Made by a program: the position numbers and the translations under genes. From assembly GCA_965223545.1 (NCBI GenBank), contig OZ245006.1, forward strand, positions 608,001 to 672,000: DNA of 64,000 bases, read 5' to 3'. This DNA comes from Planctomycetota bacterium (GTDB lineage: Bacteria > Planctomycetota > UBA1135 > UBA2386). Positions within the stretch are counted from its first letter, which is position 1, and each line of letters starts with the position of its first letter. This document shows positions 8,234 through 17,161 of this stretch, in pieces. Below the pieces are notes generated by a model. That model saw only the letters and a program-made list of their open reading frames with translations. It made no database searches and had not been told where the DNA came from.

Positions 8234-8926
8234 ATGTCAGACATCCCAGACCCCTCCGCCGCGGTCACGCGTGCCCTCGATGACGGAGACGCCCGCGCTC
8301 TCGACGAGCTCGTGGTCGCGTTGCTGCCACGGCTGGAGGCCTACGTCCACCTGAAGATGGGACCAGGCCTCCGGCAGCGTGAGGGATCGGCGGACGTCGT
8401 GCAGTCGGTGTGCCGCGAGGCTCTCGAGGGCTTGCGCGATGGCCCGTTCGAGTTCCGCGGCAGAGCGGCCTTCTTGTCCTGGCTGTTCACCACCGCGCTC
8501 AACAAGATTCGCGAGCGCGACCGATTCAATCGCCGCCAGCGCCGGGCTGCCGCACGCGAGTTGCCGGCAACCGCGATCGGCTCGGCCGCCGGCCACTTGG
8601 TGTCGCCGAGCCGCAAGCTCATGGCCCAGGAGGAGCTCGCCCGGGTCGAGCACGTCTTCGGCACGCTGTCGGAACGCGACCAAGAGATCATCATCCTCGC
8701 CCGCGTCATGGGGCTGGCGCGGACCGAGATCGCCGAGCTGCTCGGCTGCACCGCCGCCGCGGCGCGCGTCAGACTGGGACGCGCCGTGGCGCGCTTGGGC
8801 GCGGCGCTCGCAAACGCCGAAGGCGACGCCCTGCCATCACGGGCGCCGGATCGATTGCGCGGCAGCATCGACGCCGGCGAGGACGACGACTCGTCCACCG
8901 GCGCTCGACCGGACTCCTCGCGGTGA
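8234..8926 (+). CDS. ECF sigma-70 factor, planctomycete-type
   Basis: Region 2 (SADVVQSV, AAFLSWLFTTALNKIR) and region 4 (LSERDQEIIIL..GL.RTEIAELLG..AARVRLGRA). Confidence 0.9.
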   Translation: MSDIPDPSAAVTRALDDGDARALDELVVALLPRLEAYVHLKMGPGLRQREGSADVVQSVCREALEGLRDGPFEFRGRAAFLSWLFTTALNKIRERDRFNRRQRRAAARELPATAIGSAAGHLVSPSRKLMAQEELARVEHVFGTLSERDQEIIILARVMGLARTEIAELLGCTAAAARVRLGRAVARLGAALANAEGDALPSRAPDRLRGSIDAGEDDDSSTGARPDSSR

Positions 8927-8935
8927 CCCGCACCC

Positions 8936-11900
8936 TCACCGTCCGTTCGCGAAACGATCGGCGGCTCCCGCCTCCCACTTGTGCAGAAACGCCGGCCATC
9001 CCCACCGCTCGTGGAAACGCGCGTACAAGCGGCGACCATCCCGAGACCAGGCCAAATGGCTACTCGTGCCACCGCCGAGTTCCAACAACAACGTGCCCGT
9101 CGCAAAGTCCAGGATCTTGACCTTGCCGTCTGCACCCGAGGTCGCGACGCGTTGGCTGTCCGGCGCGACGGCCACGGAGTACACGCTCGTCGACAGTCGG
9201 GCGAGCTGACGCACGACTGTCAAATCCTCGGCGTCGCGCAGATACACACCACCCCCGGCATCTCCAGTGACGATCAGCGGCTCGTCCGGCACCGGCGCAA
9301 GGTCCGCCACGCGTTGATCGGTGCGCGCAGCGGCCTCGAGCTCCCCGTCGCCGACAGCAAACCGCAGCAGCTCACCATCATCGCGGCCACAGAAGACGCC
9401 CTTGCCGTCCGCTGAGAACTCCGAGAAGGCGGGTGGCGAGGAGCCCGCGTCGAACTCGTGTCGCCAGCGCACGTCGAGGGAGACCGCATCCAGCACCTGC
9501 ACCGACATGTCGTCCCAAGAGGAGATGGCGAGACTCAGCCCGTCCGGACTCACCGAGATCGCCGAGATCCTACCGGGCACCACCCGGCGCTCACCCTCGA
9601 TCGATGCATCGCGGACGCGGAAGCGGCGCAGGATCCCATCCCACCCGACGACGAACATCGCGTCGGTCGTGAGCGCGGCTCGCTCGCCGAGCATCTCGGG
9701 CGAGGACGCCTCATGGTGCATCACGATCGCACCGGTCCGCAGCTCGCGCACCGCGATGCTGCCGTCCATCTCCGAGTACGCGACGCGCCCCGACGCAACG
9801 TCGTAGCCGACGCCGCGACAGTCCCTGCCAAGCGAGTACGAGACCAGGTCTTGCGGCGGTTTCGCCGGCCACACTTTGACCGTGCCGCCGTGCGCCATGG
9901 TCGCGAGCCGCGATCGGTCGGGGGAGAGCGCGCAGCCGAAGACGCCGAGCGCGTGGCCGTCGTAGCTGCCCAGCGGCTCTCCGGTATCGAGCTTCCAAGC
10001 GGCCACCATCGCCTTGCCCCATCCGCCGACGGCATAGAGCACGCCGTCGCTCGAGTCGATCACCATTTCCCGCACGACCTCGGGCACGCGCAACGCGTAG
10101 CGCAGCGCACCGGTGTCGGCTTCTCGCACGACGATGCGCGGGTCCCCACCGGAGAGCACGAGGAGGTTTCGGCGCGGCGCCACCCGCAGCAGTTGAGGAG
10201 CCTGCAGCAGGAAAGGCACTTCACCTGGCTCGACGAGCGTGCGTTGCTGGCCGGTCGCGAGGTCGATGCGCGCGAGACGCCCCTCTTTGTCGCCCCAATA
10301 CAAACTGTTTCCATCGGGAGCGTACTCGATGAGCACGACCCAGCCGGGGACGGGATACTCCGTGGTCGGCGAACTGGAGTCACCGAGCGATTGGATCCGC
10401 AGCGGGGCGTCCACCGTTCCCCACGCGTAGTGGGTGCCGTCCGGCGAAACCGCGATCGGAAGGTAATCCAAGCCCGACGCCAGCCTCCTCACCTTCGTCT
10501 GCGCGCTGGTGTCGATCAGGTCGGCGTAGAGGTCCCCGCCCGTCCGCCCAATCGCGATCACCCGGTGACTCTCGGTGGTCGGGACGATCGCGTAGCCCTC
10601 GGAAGAGATCGGGATCTCGGTAGCCTCGCTGGACCCCACAGCCCAGCGAAGCGGAGACGCTTTCTCCGGCGCGACCAGGAGCTCGCTATCCGACAGCCAA
10701 TGCACCCGGCCCGCGCTCGAACAGACCCCGGTCAAGGAGAACAAGGCGTCGTCGACCTGGTGCAGGATCCAGTCGTGCTCCCAGCCCCGCAGCGCCGGAT
10801 CCGTCGCCGCCAGCTGCCGCTGCGCCTCGCCCGCCTGACCGGCATCCAGCGCGAGCTTTGCCGCTCGGATCGACGTGGTGTAGGTGCCCCAGTCCGCGCG
10901 GCGCCTCTCAGCGGCGACGTTCTTCTCCGCTTGCTCGACCCGTCGGGCACCCCACAGCAGGGCGGCCGCGCCCAGCAACAGGGCCAGTACCAAGCCGACG
11001 ACGGCGACGACCGTCGCCCGGTGGCGCCGCACGAGGCGGCTGAGCTCGTAGACCAGCGTCGGACGCCGCGCGGCGATGGGCTGAAACTCCAGCACTCGGC
11101 GGACATCGCTGGCGAACGCGGAGACGGTCGGATAACGACGTTCGGGATTGCGCTCCAGGGCACAGCGCACGACGACCTCGACGTCGCCGCGGAGGTGGCG
11201 GGCCAATCGGGCCGGCGTGCTGTTTCGCTTCGACGCCAGTGCCGGAGCATCGGACCGCTTGAGCAGCAGGCGGCTCGGCGGCTCGATCTCGCCCTCCAGG
11301 ATCCGGCGAAGCCCGGCCTGCAGCGGCAGCTCCCCGACGCTGCGACGATCCTGCGGCAAGTCGCCAGTCAGCAGCTCGTAGAGCACCAACCCCAGGGCGT
11401 ACACGTCCGTCCGCGTGTCCACCGCGCCACCTTCGAGCTGCTCGGGACTCGTGTACGTGGGGGTTCCGACGAATCCTCCGGCAACGGTCAGACTCTGCCC
11501 GCCCCGCGAAGCCAATGCCTTCGCCAAGCCAAAGTCGATGATCACGGGTCGCGGCCCCTCGAGGTCGTGGGCAACGAGGATGTTCGACGGCTTCAAGTCT
11601 CGATGGATGACACCGCGCTGGTGCGCATGCGCGACGCCGGCACACACGTCGACAAACAAGCGCAACCGGGCGTCGATGTCATAGCGATGCTGGTCACAGA
11701 ACCGCGTCAGCCAAGGGCCATCGATCAGCTCCATTGCCATGAAGGGCTGTCCGTTCGTCGCGATCCCCACGTCGAACACCGTGGCGATCGCGCGGTGCTG
11801 CATCTTGGCGAGCACCTGACCCTCGGCGGCGAAGCGCACCAGCGAGTCTCGGTCCTCACAATGCCAACGCAGCACCTTGATCGCGACCGCCCGATCGACC

Positions 11901-12238
11901 GGCGCGGTCTGCCGACCGCGATACACCGTGCCGAAGCCACCTCGCCCCACGACCTGCTCGACCTCGTAGTTGTCGATCTCCGGCAGTGCGGGCGCCAAGG
12001 GGACGGCGCGCAACAACTCTTGGCCGCGCGCCAACGACTCGAACAGGGCCCGAATCGCCGCGCCGTGGTCGGGCCACTGCCGGCACAAGGCGTCGACGTC
12101 GTCGGGCCCGGTTTCGCCGCCGACCCGGGACCACGCTTCATAGCACGCCTCTTCGACGGCAGGTGGCAAGGCCGGGGACCGCGCCTCCGTCGAACCATGC
12201 CGGCCAGCGGCTGAGGAGCTAGACGAGCGACCGACCAT
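8936..12238 (-). CDS. Ser/Thr protein kinase with TM segment and C-terminal WD40 propellers
   Basis: GRGGFGTV, VAIK, HRDLKPSN, DFG, GTPTYTSPEQ, TDVYALG; TM VVAVVGLVLALLLGAAALLW; LRGWEH; WD40 repeats. Start uncertain. Confidence 0.92.
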   Translation of the reverse strand: MVGRSSSSSAAGRHGSTEARSPALPPAVEEACYEAWSRVGGETGPDDVDALCRQWPDHGAAIRALFESLARGQELLRAVPLAPALPEIDNYEVEQVVGRGGFGTVYRGRQTAPVDRAVAIKVLRWHCEDRDSLVRFAAEGQVLAKMQHRAIATVFDVGIATNGQPFMAMELIDGPWLTRFCDQHRYDIDARLRLFVDVCAGVAHAHQRGVIHRDLKPSNILVAHDLEGPRPVIIDFGLAKALASRGGQSLTVAGGFVGTPTYTSPEQLEGGAVDTRTDVYALGLVLYELLTGDLPQDRRSVGELPLQAGLRRILEGEIEPPSRLLLKRSDAPALASKRNSTPARLARHLRGDVEVVVRCALERNPERRYPTVSAFASDVRRVLEFQPIAARRPTLVYELSRLVRRHRATVVAVVGLVLALLLGAAALLWGARRVEQAEKNVAAERRRADWGTYTTSIRAAKLALDAGQAGEAQRQLAATDPALRGWEHDWILHQVDDALFSLTGVCSSAGRVHWLSDSELLVAPEKASPLRWAVGSSEATEIPISSEGYAIVPTTESHRVIAIGRTGGDLYADLIDTSAQTKVRRLASGLDYLPIAVSPDGTHYAWGTVDAPLRIQSLGDSSSPTTEYPVPGWVVLIEYAPDGNSLYWGDKEGRLARIDLATGQQRTLVEPGEVPFLLQAPQLLRVAPRRNLLVLSGGDPRIVVREADTGALRYALRVPEVVREMVIDSSDGVLYAVGGWGKAMVAAWKLDTGEPLGSYDGHALGVFGCALSPDRSRLATMAHGGTVKVWPAKPPQDLVSYSLGRDCRGVGYDVASGRVAYSEMDGSIAVRELRTGAIVMHHEASSPEMLGERAALTTDAMFVVGWDGILRRFRVRDASIEGERRVVPGRISAISVSPDGLSLAISSWDDMSVQVLDAVSLDVRWRHEFDAGSSPPAFSEFSADGKGVFCGRDDGELLRFAVGDGELEAAARTDQRVADLAPVPDEPLIVTGDAGGGVYLRDAEDLTVVRQLARLSTSVYSVAVAPDSQRVATSGADGKVKILDFATGTLLLELGGGTSSHLAWSRDGRRLYARFHERWGWPAFLHKWEAGAADRFANGR

Positions 12239-12343
12239 GGGGAGAATTGTGGCCGGACCGGCGGCGGTCCGAAAGGGCAGGCGGACACACGACGGCGGCC
12301 CCTGGGAGACGACAGTGGCAAACCCCGACGCCATAGTAGTCGC

Positions 12344-13774
12344 ATGCGCCCGCATCCCGACGAAGCCGAAGCGCTCCTGGACCTGGTCCGCGACGCCACG
12401 CGCGACTACCTCGCCTCTCTAAAGGCCCGCCCGGCGCGACCGCGCGGCGCTGGCGCCGCCGCCGAGTCGTTCGCCGGACCGCTACCCGAGGACGGAGTGG
12501 GCGCCGAGGCCGCCCTGCGGGAGCTGATCGCGCGCGGCCCGGATGCGGCCGTGCACAGCGCGGGTCCGCGCTACTTCCACTTCGTCATCGGGGGCAGCAC
12601 GCCCGCTGCCCACGCGGCAGACTGGTTTGCCTCGACTCTCGACCAACTGGCCTCGGCCTGGGTCAGCTCGCCCCTCGGCGTGCGCCTCGAGCAGATCAGC
12701 TTGGAATGGCTGAAGGACTTGTTCGGCCTGCCCGCATCGATGTTCGGAGTGATGACGACCGGCGCGATGATGGCGAACTACACCGGCCTCGCCGCCGCCC
12801 GGCAGTGGTGGGGTGAGCGGCAGGGCGTCGACACGGCCCAAGACGGCATCGCGCAGTTGCCGCCGATGCAGGTGCTGACCAGCGGGCACGTGCACGCGAC
12901 GATCGACAAGGCCCTGGCCATGCTGGGCGTCGGCCGCCGCCAGGTCCGGCGCTTCGCGCGCGACGCCGCCGGGCACCTCGACGAGGACGCACTGCGCGCG
13001 GCGCTGCAAGCGCTCGACGGGGCACCGGCCGTCTTGGTCGCGAACGCCGGCGAGGTCAACACCGGCGCCTTCGACCCGATCGAGACGATGGCCGCGCTGG
13101 CGCACGAGTTCGGTTGCTGGCTGCACGTCGACGGCGCCTTCGGCCTGTTCGCGCGCACCGCCCCCGAAACCGCCGCGCTGGCGCGGGGAGTCGAGCGCGC
13201 CGACTCGGTCACCGTGGATGGCCACAAGTGGCTCAACGTGCCGTACGACTGCGGCTTCGCCTTCGTCCGCGACCGCACGCTGCTCGCCAAGGTGTTCGCG
13301 CTGGTCGCCGACTACTTGCCGGACCCGGCCGATCCACGCCCGATGTACTCGAGCCTCGGCCCCGAGTCGTCGCGGCGGGCGCGAGCGCTGGCGGTGTGGG
13401 CAACCCTGCGCGCCTACGGACGCAGCGGCGTGCGCGCCATGGTCGAGGAGCACCTGCGCCTGGCGCGCCGGCTGGCAGCGCGCGTCGACGAGGCACCCGA
13501 CCTCGAGCGGCTGGCACCCGTGCCGCTCAACATCGTCTGCTTTCGCTACAACCCCGGTGGGTTGGACCCAGCGGCGCTCGATGCGGTCAACGAGCAGCTG
13601 GCGGAGGCCGTGCTCGCCGACGGCCGGGTCTACGTCGGCGCGACGCGGTTCGAGGGTGTGGTCGCCCTGCGTCCGGCGATCGTCAACTGGCGCACGGACG
13701 ACTCGCACATCGACGAGCTGGTCGACGTCGTGCGCACCCTGGGCGCGGCCTGCAACCAAGCGCCCGAAGATTGA
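12344..13774 (+). CDS. PLP-dependent decarboxylase (group II, aromatic-amino-acid/glutamate decarboxylase family)
   Basis: PRYFHFV, AGEVNTGAFDP, WLHVDGAFG, DSVTVDGHKWLNVPYDCG, LNIVCFRY. Confidence 0.9.
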   Translation: MRPHPDEAEALLDLVRDATRDYLASLKARPARPRGAGAAAESFAGPLPEDGVGAEAALRELIARGPDAAVHSAGPRYFHFVIGGSTPAAHAADWFASTLDQLASAWVSSPLGVRLEQISLEWLKDLFGLPASMFGVMTTGAMMANYTGLAAARQWWGERQGVDTAQDGIAQLPPMQVLTSGHVHATIDKALAMLGVGRRQVRRFARDAAGHLDEDALRAALQALDGAPAVLVANAGEVNTGAFDPIETMAALAHEFGCWLHVDGAFGLFARTAPETAALARGVERADSVTVDGHKWLNVPYDCGFAFVRDRTLLAKVFALVADYLPDPADPRPMYSSLGPESSRRARALAVWATLRAYGRSGVRAMVEEHLRLARRLAARVDEAPDLERLAPVPLNIVCFRYNPGGLDPAALDAVNEQLAEAVLADGRVYVGATRFEGVVALRPAIVNWRTDDSHIDELVDVVRTLGAACNQAPED

Positions 13775-13815
13775 CGTCGGCACTCGAAGCCGTCGTTTCG
13801 TCCGCGGTGGTGATC

Positions 13816-15219
13816 CTACAGCGCCTGCATCAGCGCGGTGACCCCGTTGCTGAGGACGATCCCGAGCGGGTTCGCCGCACCATCCGCGACCGCGGCCTGC
13901 AGGTGTAGCGACACCCCTTGCAGCGCCGGCAGGTCGGGGATCGGCAGCGTCCATGTCCGCGTCACGCCCGCGCCGGACACCGCATCGGTGGCGTCCGGGC
14001 TGACCAGCAGCGCACACTGCGCCGCGCCGAGCGGGGCGAGCGACCAGGGCAAAGTCACACCACCTCCCGCCCACGCGGTATTCGACGCGCCGAACGCGAT
14101 GATCGCGGGCGCGCCCGCCGGCAGATTGCCGACTTCGAGGCCGAGGGTCTCACCGAGCCACGGCCGCAAGTTGTCCTCCAGCTGGAGCGACGGCGTGCCA
14201 GCCGAACCGGCGCACCCCGCGCCAAACGCGGTGACCTGCGCGGGGCTCGGGTTGTAGTACTCCCAAGTGTCCAGCGGCCCGAGAGGGCTGGAGCGCGTCA
14301 CCATCACCATGCGCTGCCGGCGCTCGTCGAACGCCATCCGCCCGTAGCTGCCCAGCGGTGGCGATACGGCCGGAGTCCGGTAGGACCACGTACCGTCGAA
14401 GTCGTCGGTCGTCGCCGGGTTGTAGCCACACGCGTAGCCGCAGGTGGCCCAGCCGCCAAACGCCACCATCTTGCGCCGCAGCTTGTCGTACGCCAGGGCA
14501 TGGCCGACGCGCTTGGCCCCCAACGCGGCCGGTCGCATCGCGGTTCCATCCCACTCGACCGTCCGGCCGACGACGAACGTGGTCTGCTGGCCGGTCCAGT
14601 AGTAGGGCACGCTGTACTGGCCTCCGTAGATGACGACCACCGCGCGGTCGGGGTCGAACGCCATGACTGCGCCATTGCCACCGCCACCTCCACCGGCCCA
14701 ACGCTGCACCCAGGTCGAGCCGGTCCACGCCCACAGATCGCCGGTGGACAGGTACAACCCGGCGGCGCTGTCCCAGTACTCACCACAGCCGAGCAGCACC
14801 TCGCGGCGCGCCCCGTCGTACACCAGGCTGTGCCCGGTGCGCTGGGGAGTCGGCTGCGCCGCGGGAGTGATCTTCGCCCAAGCCGTGCCGTCGAACTCCC
14901 ACACATCGGCGCCTTGGGTCCCGACGACGCGGTGACGGTGGTAGTCGTAGACCGCCAACTGCAGATTGGGCGGCACGACGCCACTCGCCGGCACCAAGGT
15001 CCACTGGACCCCATCGTAGCTCCAGACCTCGATGCCAGAGCCGCCGCCACCGACCCACCACACGGCCTGCGCGGTCGGAGACCACGCCATCACCGCGGGT
15101 GCGAGCCCGGGCGGCGCCGTCGCCAACTGGCGGTTGACCCAAGTCGACTGGGCCGCCGCGGGGATCGCAACGGCGCACAACACGGCAGACAACAACGGGC
15201 TCGGGCAAACCGATCGCAT
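13816..15219 (-). CDS. Secreted kelch-like six-bladed propeller protein with conserved C-terminal domain
   Basis: ATG 15219, signal peptide ending AAAQ; 6 repeats (VWSYDG, VWEFDG, LWAWTG, VEWDG, DDFDG, TWEYY); C-terminal FGAGC...QCALLVSPD...LPIP...NPLGIVLSNG. Confidence 0.85.
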   Translation of the reverse strand: MRSVCPSPLLSAVLCAVAIPAAAQSTWVNRQLATAPPGLAPAVMAWSPTAQAVWWVGGGGSGIEVWSYDGVQWTLVPASGVVPPNLQLAVYDYHRHRVVGTQGADVWEFDGTAWAKITPAAQPTPQRTGHSLVYDGARREVLLGCGEYWDSAAGLYLSTGDLWAWTGSTWVQRWAGGGGGGNGAVMAFDPDRAVVVIYGGQYSVPYYWTGQQTTFVVGRTVEWDGTAMRPAALGAKRVGHALAYDKLRRKMVAFGGWATCGYACGYNPATTDDFDGTWSYRTPAVSPPLGSYGRMAFDERRQRMVMVTRSSPLGPLDTWEYYNPSPAQVTAFGAGCAGSAGTPSLQLEDNLRPWLGETLGLEVGNLPAGAPAIIAFGASNTAWAGGGVTLPWSLAPLGAAQCALLVSPDATDAVSGAGVTRTWTLPIPDLPALQGVSLHLQAAVADGAANPLGIVLSNGVTALMQAL

Positions 15220-15350
15220 CACGCTCACTCCCAGGTTTCGGCTGCGGGCTCGGGCCGCATTCGGGGCGACTCTCGAGCCCCGGACTTGCAACTCATTAGA
15301 ACACATTCTCGACCGCTTTGACACCCCCGCGCGCGTGGACGTGTGGCACC

Positions 15351-15734
15351 TCACACCGATGCTGCGCCTCGGCCGCGGCGCAGCATGCCCAGCACCACGA
15401 ACACCACGAACGGCACGCTGGTCAACAACCCACTCGACAGTGGACGCAGGTCGCGCACGTAGTCGATCCAATGGATCGCCGCGATCAACGCGAAGTAGAA
15501 CGTGAGCACCACGTGCGCTGCGCCGCATCGGGCGGGGGCGCACGCGCACCAGCCGCTCAAGGCGCCGAGTGCCAGCGCACCCGCGCTCGCCTCTTGCACA
15601 ACGTGCAGCGCCTCTCCGTCGAAGCCCGCCGCGATCTCCGGCAGCACACCGAAGGGCAGCAGCGCACCGATGCCACCGATGCCGAGCATGCCGAGAGCGA
15701 ACAGGGCGTAGATGGTGCGGTGCAGCGTCCACAT
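15351..15734 (-). CDS. Small four-TM membrane protein, function unknown
   Basis: ATG 15734; four hydrophobic segments, two containing His. Confidence 0.65.
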   Translation of the reverse strand: MWTLHRTIYALFALGMLGIGGIGALLPFGVLPEIAAGFDGEALHVVQEASAGALALGALSGWCACAPARCGAAHVVLTFYFALIAAIHWIDYVRDLRPLSSGLLTSVPFVVFVVLGMLRRGRGAASV

Positions 15735-15804
15735 CGTCCTGGCATCGTAGCCGCTCGCGCGGCGCGACTCCGTACAATCAGCACACCCCCCCGCCCCCCG
15801 GAGA

Positions 15805-17142
15805 ATGCTCGCCACCACGCTAGTCGCCTCTTTCGCCGCCGCCCTGGCACAGCCGTCGCAACCGCCGTCGCCCTCGCGACCACCCAACGTGGTCGTGGTC
15901 TTCACCGACGACCAGGGCTACGGCGACCTGGAGTGCTACGGACACCCCGTCCTCCGCACACCGCATCTCGACCGGCTGGCGGCCTCGGGCGTCCGGTTGA
16001 CGCAGTTCTACGCCGGCGGCCCCGTGTGCACGCCATCGCGCGCCGCACTGCTGACCGGCTGCTACCCGGTGCGCGTCGGCCTGCACCAACGCGTGATCTA
16101 TCCCGACAGCGACTTCGGCCTCCATCCCGAGGTGACGACGGTCGCCGAGCTGCTGCGCACCCGGGGCTACACCAACGGCTGCTTCGGCAAGTGGCATCTG
16201 GGTCACCGCCGCGGATTGATGCCCACCGACCAGGGCTTCGACGAGTTCTACGGGGTGCCCTACTCCAACGACATGGCGCAGGCGCATCGCGCCGCGGACG
16301 ACGACTATCCCTTCCGCCTGCCGCTGATGCGTGGCGACGCCGTGGTCGAATGGGAACCGGATCAGCGCACACTGACCCAGCGCTACACCGACGCGGCGAT
16401 CGCGTTCATGCAGACGCATTGCGAACGGCCGTTCTTCGTCTACCTGGCCCACTCGATGCCACACGTGCCACTGTTCGTCGACGCCGGCCGGGCGGGGCGG
16501 AGTCCGGCGGGCCTGTACGGCGACGTGATCGAGGCGATCGACGACAGCGTGGGGCGAATCCTGGCAGTGTTGGACGACCTCGAGCTGCGGCAACAGACCG
16601 TGGTTTGGTTTGCCAGCGACAACGGACCCGCGCGGCACGCCGCCGACCACGGCGGCTGCGCCGGGCCGCTCCGCGGTGGCAAGGGCACGGTCTGGGAGGG
16701 CGGTCTGCGGGTGCCATGCCTGGTGTCATGGCCAGGAGTCATCCCCGCCGGGACTACCTGTCGAGCCATCGCGACCGCGATGGACTTCCTGCCCACGGTC
16801 GCGGGCTGGGCCGGTGCGACGCACGAGGCCACCATCGACGGACACGACATCGGCGGGCTGCTGGCGGGCACGACCGAGGCATCGCCGACGTCGCGATTCC
16901 TCTACTACGACCGGGATGGCGAGCTCGCCGGCATCCGCCTAGGCGCCTACAAGCTGCTGTTGGAGGGGCCGCAGCTCTACCACCTCGAGCGCGACGTCGG
17001 CGAGCGCCGTGACCTGGCGGGACAAGAGCCCGCGCTGGTCGAAACGCTGCGCGAACGCGCGACGAAGACGGACCGCGCAATCAGGGCCGCTGCGCACCCG
17101 ACGCATCCGGGCACGGGCGCCTTGTTCTCTCCCGCGCGCTGA
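15805..17142 (+). CDS. Secreted formylglycine-dependent sulfatase (arylsulfatase A-like, S1)
   Basis: PNVVVVFTDDQG, CTPSRAALLTG, GKWHLG, SDNG, GGKGTVWEGGLRVP; signal peptide. Confidence 0.95.
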   Translation: MLATTLVASFAAALAQPSQPPSPSRPPNVVVVFTDDQGYGDLECYGHPVLRTPHLDRLAASGVRLTQFYAGGPVCTPSRAALLTGCYPVRVGLHQRVIYPDSDFGLHPEVTTVAELLRTRGYTNGCFGKWHLGHRRGLMPTDQGFDEFYGVPYSNDMAQAHRAADDDYPFRLPLMRGDAVVEWEPDQRTLTQRYTDAAIAFMQTHCERPFFVYLAHSMPHVPLFVDAGRAGRSPAGLYGDVIEAIDDSVGRILAVLDDLELRQQTVVWFASDNGPARHAADHGGCAGPLRGGKGTVWEGGLRVPCLVSWPGVIPAGTTCRAIATAMDFLPTVAGWAGATHEATIDGHDIGGLLAGTTEASPTSRFLYYDRDGELAGIRLGAYKLLLEGPQLYHLERDVGERRDLAGQEPALVETLRERATKTDRAIRAAAHPTHPGTGALFSPAR

Positions 17143-17161
17143 TCGCAGGTTGCCCGCACGA

